64,000 nt of DNA from an uncultured Gammaproteobacteria bacterium (GTDB lineage Bacteria; Patescibacteriota; Microgenomatia; UBA8517): assembly GCA_965231135.1 (NCBI GenBank), contig OZ246419.1:641488-705487 (forward strand), in the 5' to 3' direction. The translations under genes and the position numbers were made by a program. Below are positions 57,063-64,000 of this stretch, in pieces. Below the pieces are notes generated by a model. It was given only the letters and a program-made list of their open reading frames with translations. It ran no database searches and was not told where the DNA came from. Each line of letters starts with the position of its first letter. The first letter of the stretch is position 1.

Positions 57063-57779
57063 ATGTCTGATGCTGTTGTTGAACAAGAAAATAGTAACTT
57101 AACAAACAAGGATATTGTTGAATGGTTAAAACCCAGACAATCGAAGTTTTCTCAAGCTTTACAAGAATTTGCAAGAAAAAGTGAATATTTTGGATTCCAA
57201 AAAGTTGAAGCGGCATCGAATTATCCGCGTATTTTTCAAGGAAGAACAAGAGTTCCAGATTTTTTTAAAAGGCCAACTAAACCTAATCAAGGAGAATTTA
57301 CAGGATCTGGACTTTGTGGTATTGCGAGTGGTGTTTTAGAAAGAGCTTTAATTGACAAATATGGACAGAATATTGATGTCATTCCCTTTTTAGTAAGAAC
57401 AGATGATTTGGATATCGATACCGGGAAAAGCATTGAAGAAGGTTTTGAACCGCATGCTCATACTGTTTTAGTGTTTAAAACTCAAAAGGAAAATGATTGG
57501 TATCTTATTGATTCAACTTATAGACAATTTCAAATGAAAGTAAAGCCTGATAGGTTTGTAATAACTCCATTCGAAAACATTAACAAGCTTTATTCGTATG
57601 AAGATATTATTAAAAGGAGTGGTTGGAAGCAAAATCTTAATTCGAGTCCGTATGCTCCTCAACCAATCCAGCGTAATTATTTATATCAGTATTTCTCCAG
57701 AGAAATAGCTGGCAAGACCAGTGGTTTTGATAAGGTAAGTAGACAAGATTACGACAAATTATTGGAAAGTTTAAATTAG
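57063..57779 (+). CDS. Orphan with transglutaminase/papain-like Cys-His-Asp pattern
   Basis: GLCGIAS...HAHTVL...WYLIDSTYRQF. Confidence 0.6.
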   Translation: MSDAVVEQENSNLTNKDIVEWLKPRQSKFSQALQEFARKSEYFGFQKVEAASNYPRIFQGRTRVPDFFKRPTKPNQGEFTGSGLCGIASGVLERALIDKYGQNIDVIPFLVRTDDLDIDTGKSIEEGFEPHAHTVLVFKTQKENDWYLIDSTYRQFQMKVKPDRFVITPFENINKLYSYEDIIKRSGWKQNLNSSPYAPQPIQRNYLYQYFSREIAGKTSGFDKVSRQDYDKLLESLN

Positions 57780-59000
57780 TCTTTTAATTACTTCTTGTAA
57801 AGATAAGAGTTCGGTTTTGTCAGAACTTCTTTCTTTATATTCTATTTTTTCACCAGTTTTTTCTGAAACAACAAGTCTCACTGGAATTCCAATTAAATCG
57901 CTGTCTGCAAATTTTGCTCCAGCTCCCGTTTCCCTATCGTCCCATAAAACTTCAATATTATTTTCCTGCAACTCGTCATAAATTTTTTTAATATTTTTTG
58001 CTCCTGGAAGCTCGATTAAATGCACATGAAACGGCGCGACACTAGCTGGCCAGATTATTCCTTTATCGTCATGGAATTTTTCAACAATAACTCCCATAAC
58101 TCGAGTTATTCCAATCCCGTATGATCCCAAAATTACCGGTTTTTTATTTCCTAATGCGTCCGTGAAATATAAATCCAAGCTTTCTGATTTTGCTCCTCCA
58201 AAACTAAAGATATTTCCAACTTCTGCAGTTTTTACTTCTTTTAAATCTTCTTTTTTGACTTCTAATTGTTTTAATACTTCATCGTTATAAACTTCCTTAT
58301 TTATTGCCAACTTCTTTTTGCGATCAAGATAGACAATATCCTCTCCTGCGTCGCAAATTGTTTGAAATTCGTGGCTAAACTGCGTAAATGCACCTCCTGA
58401 GGCAAAGGTGAAAAAAGTATCTTCGCCAATTCCCAGTCTTTCAAAAACTTTGTGATATGCGGCTGTTGCTGCATCATAAAATTTTTGATGTTCTTCATTA
58501 CTACTTGAATAAGAATACATATCATCCATTATAAATTCACGGCCGCGCATAATTCCGGACTTTGCTCGAAGTTCGTTTCTTAATTTGGTTTGAAACTGAT
58601 GAACATAAACCGGCAAATCTCTGTAACTATTTATGAAATTTCTCATCATGTCTGAAATTGGCTCTTCGTGAGACCAACCAAAACCAACTTCAACATCATT
58701 TTTTAATTTTGATTTAAACCAAACGTCAACTTTTTCATCATCCCATCTGTCTGTTTTTTCCCATAATTCTTTTCGTTGAAGAGTGGTCATAATAATTTCA
58801 ACCCCTCCTATTGCCGCCATTTCCTCTCTAACTATTTGTTTTATTTTCTCAATGACTTTCAGGCCAAGAGGTAAATAAGCATAAGCGCCTGCCATTTCTT
58901 TGTGGATGAATCCTGCCTTAATTAAAAGCTGAGCGTTAATTGAAGTTTCATCGCTTGGGAAATTTTTACTGGTTTTTGTAAAAAGCTTGCTTTGTTGCAT
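57771..59000 (-). CDS. proS: Prolyl-tRNA synthetase (no INS editing domain)
   Basis: QLLIKAGF, SHEE, RNELRAKSGIMRGREF, EVGNIF, GSYGIGITR, anticodon domain. Confidence 0.96.
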   Translation of the reverse strand: MQQSKLFTKTSKNFPSDETSINAQLLIKAGFIHKEMAGAYAYLPLGLKVIEKIKQIVREEMAAIGGVEIIMTTLQRKELWEKTDRWDDEKVDVWFKSKLKNDVEVGFGWSHEEPISDMMRNFINSYRDLPVYVHQFQTKLRNELRAKSGIMRGREFIMDDMYSYSSSNEEHQKFYDAATAAYHKVFERLGIGEDTFFTFASGGAFTQFSHEFQTICDAGEDIVYLDRKKKLAINKEVYNDEVLKQLEVKKEDLKEVKTAEVGNIFSFGGAKSESLDLYFTDALGNKKPVILGSYGIGITRVMGVIVEKFHDDKGIIWPASVAPFHVHLIELPGAKNIKKIYDELQENNIEVLWDDRETGAGAKFADSDLIGIPVRLVVSEKTGEKIEYKERSSDKTELLSLQEVIKRLI

Positions 59001-59019
59001 GAGCTATTTTAACACACAA

Positions 59020-60144
59020 TTACTTTTGGTTCAGAACTTGGTTGGCGTAATTATCAAGAGAACCGGCTTTAAAAACAGATGGTAATTCGTGCGTTGTAAT
59101 CAAAATTGAAAGTGCAATTAAAACAATAAAACCAAAAGTATAAACTCTCTCTTCCATTTTTGCAGTTAATTTCTTTTTAGTAATTGCCTCTGCGATAACA
59201 AGAGCGACACGGCTTCCATCAAGAGGCGGAAAAGGAATAAGATTTACAATTCCTAAATTGATTGAAACAACTGCTACAAAGCTAATCAATGTCCAAATAT
59301 CTTCTTCTGCAAGGCGCTTTGCAACTGCAATAATTCCAACCGGACCGGTAACATCTTTTGGAGCTTGGCCCTGACTGACGCTTTTTGCCGCACTTCCCAA
59401 ACCAAAGACAACAGCTTTTGTAACAGTTGCCGTTTCTTTAATTGCCTCCCAAAAACTTACAAAGGGCCTTTGCCAAACTGGTGCAAAATAATTTTCGTGG
59501 AAATCATCAAATGAAATTCCAAGTGAACCTTCGTCTGCTGGATAATTTATTCTTGGAGTTGCTTTGATATCAATTAATTTATTATTTCGATTCACTTCAA
59601 TATCAATTTCTTTTCCCTTATTGTTATTAATTTCATTTTTGAGATCATCTGTTGAATTAATATTTACATTATTAATTTTTTCAACTAAATCTCCCGATTT
59701 AATTCCAGAGATCGAAGCTGGAGAATTTGATGCAACATCCAAAATAATAAAATCTAATTTTGTCGAATTACTGGGGACTCCATTTACAAAAAAGATTACT
59801 GTAAAACAAATAATTGCCAGAATGAAATTCATAACAATTCCTGCAACAGTAATTAAAATTCGAGTCAATTTGCTTTTATTTGTAAAAGCTTTTGCAGGAT
59901 AAACCACTTGATCGCTTGCGGTTTCTCCGTGAAGACGGACAAATCCGCCAATTGGAAGCCAGTTAATTGAATAAATTGTATCGCCTATTTTTTTACCAAA
60001 AATCCGAGGAGGTAAGCCTAATCCAAATTCTTCAACCCAGACTCCGCTTCGTTTTGCGACCAAAAAATGCCCAAGTTCATGGAACATAATAAGAAGCGAG
60101 AAGGCAACAATAACTTTTATTGTAAGAATTAAAATAGCAAGCAT
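59020..60144 (-). CDS. rseP: RseP site-2 metalloprotease
   Basis: HELGH, PIGGFV, PDZ, NLIPFPPLDG. Confidence 0.95.
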   Translation of the reverse strand: MLAILILTIKVIVAFSLLIMFHELGHFLVAKRSGVWVEEFGLGLPPRIFGKKIGDTIYSINWLPIGGFVRLHGETASDQVVYPAKAFTNKSKLTRILITVAGIVMNFILAIICFTVIFFVNGVPSNSTKLDFIILDVASNSPASISGIKSGDLVEKINNVNINSTDDLKNEINNNKGKEIDIEVNRNNKLIDIKATPRINYPADEGSLGISFDDFHENYFAPVWQRPFVSFWEAIKETATVTKAVVFGLGSAAKSVSQGQAPKDVTGPVGIIAVAKRLAEEDIWTLISFVAVVSINLGIVNLIPFPPLDGSRVALVIAEAITKKKLTAKMEERVYTFGFIVLIALSILITTHELPSVFKAGSLDNYANQVLNQK

Positions 60145-60172
60145 GAATTATATTGTAACAGATGGATACTGA

Positions 60173-61189
60173 CTATTCTTTAGTATTCTTTTGTTTACTC
60201 AGTAGTTGCGCTAAAGTAGTTATTTCTTCGTCTGTAGCAAGATTATTTGCATATTCATTGTTGTTTTTTGATTTTTCAGCATTTTTCCTCTTTTCACTAT
60301 TTTTTCTCTTTTGAATTTCTCTACTAAATAAAATTTTTACGGAAGAAATTCCGGCGGTTAATGCAAGAAGAAATGTTGCCGAGATTAAAAGATTTTCTTT
60401 ATTCGTTTCGTTATCAACTTGTTGTTTTAATATATCATTATCTGCAACTAAGACGGGGGCTTGGGTATTTGTAGTTATATTTATAGTTTTACTATTAGTA
60501 TTTATTATACTAGAATTCATATCTGCTTCAGCTTTGAGAATATTCTTTTTAAGAGTTTCGTAATCAGAGTTGTTAGTTGACTCTTGAAGAGTATCTTGGA
60601 ATGCCAAATCGCTATCAACGTTTTTTTTGGCTACTTGGTACTCCTGAATTGATTGATAAATATCGTCCAATTCTTTATTAACAAAAACATTCATCCCTTC
60701 TCCATTCATGCTAGCGAAATTTCGCATCCACGTATCTCCGTTTAAATACTGATATAACTCAGAGAAATGTCCCCGAGGACCCACCAATGTTTGAGAGAAA
60801 CTAAGATAATCAGTAAGCAGCGGATCGGTTATTGTTGACTGATGTGTATACGGATAATTCAGTCCGTCAAATCGGTCTTGATCAACACTATCTTTAGAGA
60901 TAAGTTCGTTAATTAAATAAGGATTCTCGTCAATGAATTTGAAAATAGGATGACTTCCAAACTCATTTCTTAAGCTATCCAGTGTTTTTGTAACCAAAGT
61001 AACATTATCAGGTTCTGATATTACTATTTCAGGTTTGACTGGTTGTGTGATTGTTGTAGTTTTAATATTTAATGCCTGCTGTAAGTCACTTTTTGTTACA
61101 TCACTATTGTATGCATTTATACCTGTCCAAACCCCAGCTAAGGTAGCTGTAGCAAATATTATTCTTGACAGTCTGTTTTCTGAAGACAT
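60173..61189 (-). CDS. Two-TM hypothetical orphan protein
   Basis: N- and C-terminal TM; TATAAT 6 nt before ATG. Confidence 0.7.
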   Translation of the reverse strand: MSSENRLSRIIFATATLAGVWTGINAYNSDVTKSDLQQALNIKTTTITQPVKPEIVISEPDNVTLVTKTLDSLRNEFGSHPIFKFIDENPYLINELISKDSVDQDRFDGLNYPYTHQSTITDPLLTDYLSFSQTLVGPRGHFSELYQYLNGDTWMRNFASMNGEGMNVFVNKELDDIYQSIQEYQVAKKNVDSDLAFQDTLQESTNNSDYETLKKNILKAEADMNSSIINTNSKTINITTNTQAPVLVADNDILKQQVDNETNKENLLISATFLLALTAGISSVKILFSREIQKRKNSEKRKNAEKSKNNNEYANNLATDEEITTLAQLLSKQKNTKE

Positions 61190-61212
61190 GGAGAAATTAT
61201 AATACTATAAGA

Positions 61213-61767
61213 CTAAAGTTGCAACAGTTCTGACTTCTTGCGCTCGCCCATTTCTTCAATTTTTCCTACAAATTCATCGGTTGCATTCTGAAGATTTTTT
61301 TCGAAAGCAAATTTTTCATCTTCTGTAATTTTTTTCTCATCAAATTCTCCCTTTATGCTATGCATTACATCAGCTCTTATTTGTCTTATTGCAACTCTAC
61401 TTTCTTCAAGCTTTGCGTTTAATAAGCGTACAAACTTTTCGCGATCTTCTGTTGTTAATGGCGGAACCATAATTCTAATTATTTCTCCATCGATATTTGG
61501 ATTCATACCAACGTTTGCTGCTTCAATTCCCTTTTTAATTTCACCAATAATTGATTTATCCCAAGGATCAATAACCAAGCTTTGTGGATCTGGAGAGCTC
61601 ACTGATGCAACTTCTAAAATCCTTAATCTTTGGGTTCCTCCATAAACCATAATTTCCAGATTTTGAACCATTGCAGGAGTTGCGCGGCCTGAACGGATTG
61701 TGCCGATTGTAGTTTGCAAGGATGCAATTATCCCTTGCATTTTTTGGCGAACTAAATTTTCATCCAT
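61213..61767 (-). CDS. frr: Ribosome recycling factor
   Basis: IRSGRATP, PWDKS, PPLTTEDR, RVAIRQIR. Confidence 0.96.
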   Translation of the reverse strand: MDENLVRQKMQGIIASLQTTIGTIRSGRATPAMVQNLEIMVYGGTQRLRILEVASVSSPDPQSLVIDPWDKSIIGEIKKGIEAANVGMNPNIDGEIIRIMVPPLTTEDREKFVRLLNAKLEESRVAIRQIRADVMHSIKGEFDEKKITEDEKFAFEKNLQNATDEFVGKIEEMGERKKSELLQL

Positions 61768-61778
61768 TTATTTGGAGT

Positions 61779-62237
61779 TTATTTTCCCACTTCTATTCTA
61801 GCAAATTTTCCAATTCTTATATTTTCTCCGGTTTTTGCAATTACTTCTTTTACCAAATCGCTGATTGTTTTTGAAGTATCCTTAATAAATTCTTGTGATT
61901 CTAATTCTTTGACATCTTTTGGATCCATTGCTGAAATTTGAAGTGCAATATTTTTTCCTAGTTCAACTGTTAATTCATTTTTGGCAACGAAATCTGTTTC
62001 ACAAAGAATTGAAACTAAAACTCCAACTTTTCCATTGTGATGAATATAGCTTGCAACAATTCCCTGACCAGTTTCGCGGTCAGCTCTTTTGGCAACTTTT
62101 TCAAAACCTTCTTTTTTGAGAATTTCCAAGGCTTTTTTTTCGTCACCTGCAACAATTTCCAAAACTGCTTTAACACGCATAACTCCAGCGCCTGTTTCTT
62201 CACGAAGTTTTTTAATTAAATCAACTGAAATTGCCAT
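61779..62237 (-). CDS. tsf: Elongation factor Ts (152-aa short form)
   Basis: IKKLREETGAG, CETDFVAKN, KTGENIRI. Confidence 0.95.
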   Translation of the reverse strand: MAISVDLIKKLREETGAGVMRVKAVLEIVAGDEKKALEILKKEGFEKVAKRADRETGQGIVASYIHHNGKVGVLVSILCETDFVAKNELTVELGKNIALQISAMDPKDVKELESQEFIKDTSKTISDLVKEVIAKTGENIRIGKFARIEVGK

Positions 62238-62238
62238 A

Positions 62239-62967
62239 TTAACTTAATGCATTCTTAACCAAATCAAGAACATATTCAACTGCTCCTGCAGCATCGTCAT
62301 TCATTGGGATTGGATAATCAATTAAATCTGGGTTTGCATTACTGTCAACTAATCCAATAACTGGGATTTTGACTTTTTTGCTTTCAAGAACTGCTCCGTT
62401 TTCTTTGTGAGTATCAATAATAAAAACTAAATCTGGAAGTTTATTTAAATTTGCAATTCCTGAGAAGTTTTTTTCAAGATCTTCAATTTCTCGAGCTAAT
62501 AATAATTTTTCTTTTTTGGTATATGTTGCGTAAGCTCCATTTTTCATATCGGTCTTCATTTGATCAAGCTTTTTAATTGATTTTTTGATTTGATCAAAAT
62601 TTGTAAAAGTTCCGCCTAAAAATCTTTGAATAATATATGGAGAATTTGTAGCAACTGCTACTTCTTTTGTTTTTTCCTGAGCTTGTTTTTTGGTTCCAAC
62701 AAATAAAACTACTTTGCCATTTTTCTTAGCTTCTTTTAATACTGCAAGAGCTTCGTCCAATTTTGCCTTTGTTTTTGGGAGATCAAAAACACTGACTCCA
62801 TCTTCTGTGCCATAAATAAAATCTCTCATTTTTGGATTCCATCTTTTTGCTTGATGGCCATAATGAGCACCAACTTCAAGAAGTTTTTCTAATGAAACTT
62901 CGCTTTTAACAGTTTTTGGTTTTGTTTCTTTAACTGCTACTTTTTTGGTTGTTTTCTTTTCTGCCAT
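62239..62967 (-). CDS. rpsB: 30S ribosomal protein S2
   Basis: GAHYGH, RWNPKM, FVGTKKQA, GGTFTNF, VDSN, NDDA. Confidence 0.97.
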   Translation of the reverse strand: MAEKKTTKKVAVKETKPKTVKSEVSLEKLLEVGAHYGHQAKRWNPKMRDFIYGTEDGVSVFDLPKTKAKLDEALAVLKEAKKNGKVVLFVGTKKQAQEKTKEVAVATNSPYIIQRFLGGTFTNFDQIKKSIKKLDQMKTDMKNGAYATYTKKEKLLLAREIEDLEKNFSGIANLNKLPDLVFIIDTHKENGAVLESKKVKIPVIGLVDSNANPDLIDYPIPMNDDAAGAVEYVLDLVKNALS

Positions 62968-63035
62968 TTTATTTTGTTTCCCTTAGTCCGCCATCTACCA
63001 GAAGTGATCAGGGAAAACCTGATAGATGTGTGTAA
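62968..63035 (-). promoter_or_regulatory. Structured rpsB 5' leader (t44/S2-leader-like)
   Basis: After TATAAT at 63041-63046: ACACAC, stem catctatca/tggtagatg, alternative hairpin atcagg-ttttc-cctgat. Confidence 0.6.
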
Positions 63036-63138
63036 CTGGTATTATATTAGATTTGGTTGTGAGAAGCAAATTCATTTAAGGCTGATATTTGTTTTTCTTT
63101 TAAATTAATTTTATTAAATAGATATCCACCTGAAAAGA

Positions 63139-63408
63139 TTAAATCCGTCCACCGATTGCTGTCAAAAATCTAACTAAATTTGCGACTCCATCTGCCGGAA
63201 TATAATTTAGTGCACGCACGTCTACTGCAATTCCAAGGCCAAATTGAAACACACACATAATAGCTGCAATATTTCTTTCGTAAGTTTTTTCACTTATACT
63301 ATATTCAATACTCGAAAAGACTTCCGCTTTGCCAGAGTCAATAAGAAAGATTTTATCTTCTCCTTGTACATTTTGTCTAAGAACCTGTATTTGATTTTCT
63401 AATGACAT
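63139..63408 (-). CDS. Hypothetical orphan protein
   Basis: Likely start MSLEN, 7 nt after upstream stop. Confidence 0.55.
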   Translation of the reverse strand: MSLENQIQVLRQNVQGEDKIFLIDSGKAEVFSSIEYSISEKTYERNIAAIMCVFQFGLGIAVDVRALNYIPADGVANLVRFLTAIGGRI

Positions 63409-63415
63409 ATTATTT

Positions 63416-63670
63416 TTATAACCAGTTATCGGTATCTTCCATTCCACGTTGAGCATCGTCTGCTTTCTTTAATGCTCTTGCCCTAAGTAATTTTGGTTCG
63501 TCACTATCTATAAGAATCGCATTTGCTCTAACTAGAGCTTCAAACGTATTTATTTTTTCTAAAGTTTCTTCAGGATCGTTAATTTGTGCATCAAACCTAG
63601 CTGGAACTAAATATTCTACTAATAATTGTTCTTGGATACTAAGCGGTTGTGTTTCTCTGCTTTTTCCCAT
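63416..63670 (-). CDS. Hypothetical orphan protein
   Basis: TGgTATAAT 6 nt before ATG. Confidence 0.6.
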   Translation of the reverse strand: MGKSRETQPLSIQEQLLVEYLVPARFDAQINDPEETLEKINTFEALVRANAILIDSDEPKLLRARALKKADDAQRGMEDTDNWL

Positions 63671-63691
63671 AGAAGTATTATACCAAAAACA

Positions 63692-63973
63692 CTATAGGTT
63701 TTCAAGATTACACTTTTTTTCTTTTAAATTTAAAATGGTTTGATCTAATTTTCTGCTCGTAAATACGCATAAAATTGCAAAACCACTGAATAATAAATAT
63801 GCTGGTACTTCTGCCGTATCAACATAGTTTTTTGTAGTTATTTCATAAAATATATTTAAAATTTCAAATCCCGCTATTGAAGCTGCAGGTATTTTGAAAA
63901 GTCTGCTTTGAATTTTATGTTTTTTTATTTCGGAATTAAGACGACCAATTGCTTCAAGATTATCTGCAGACAT
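63692..63973 (-). CDS. Small 2-TM orphan protein
   Basis: TAAAAT 6 nt before ATG; two hydrophobic segments. Confidence 0.6.
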   Translation of the reverse strand: MSADNLEAIGRLNSEIKKHKIQSRLFKIPAASIAGFEILNIFYEITTKNYVDTAEVPAYLLFSGFAILCVFTSRKLDQTILNLKEKKCNLENL

Positions 63974-64000
63974 GAATTTATTTTACTGCTTCTACCAAGT

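Noticed and set aside
1-64000. CRISPR array, rRNA, IS transposase, reverse transcriptase/DGR, alternative genetic code
   Set aside because: No spaced direct repeats, rRNA motifs, DDE/HUH/RT motifs seen; TGA terminates conserved genes such as rpmE, ychF and recR

Overview
AT-rich, gene-dense 64 kb chromosomal segment from a reduced-genome bacterium. The gene content (rpsB-tsf-frr-rseP-proS with pyrH/uppS/cdsA/dxr missing, shortened translation factors, many small unknown ORFs, TGA used as stop) is most consistent with Patescibacteria/CPR, probably Microgenomates (inference, no database search run). Core genes: gyrA, a XerC/D-type recombinase, yebC, an RluA-family synthase, efp, tRNA-Leu(CAA), dnaB, hisS, rpmE-prfA, HtrA/CtpA proteases, rpsF-ssb-rpsR, ychF, cysS, recR, ybaB, dnaX, ybeY, proS, rseP, frr, tsf, rpsB. 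Most core genes point toward a ~790 bp AT-rich gap next to the recombinase, which holds a dif-like 28-mer and further half-sites (probable terminus). No CRISPR, rRNA, transposase or prophage structural genes were seen. Most notable observations: (1) a REP-like palindrome inserted in frame in both rluA and dnaX (nested in dnaX), adding the same TLSEVE peptide; (2) pervasive leaderless promoters, terminator-less convergent junctions and single orphan genes dropped into conserved operons; (3) RF1 without domain 1 and HisRS without its anticodon-binding domain; (4) a Fic toxin-antitoxin pair with an Asp variant inhibitory motif and a Cys-His-Asp effector-like orphan; (5) a GC-rich Thr/Pro-repeat surface gene followed by a structured RNA-like element.
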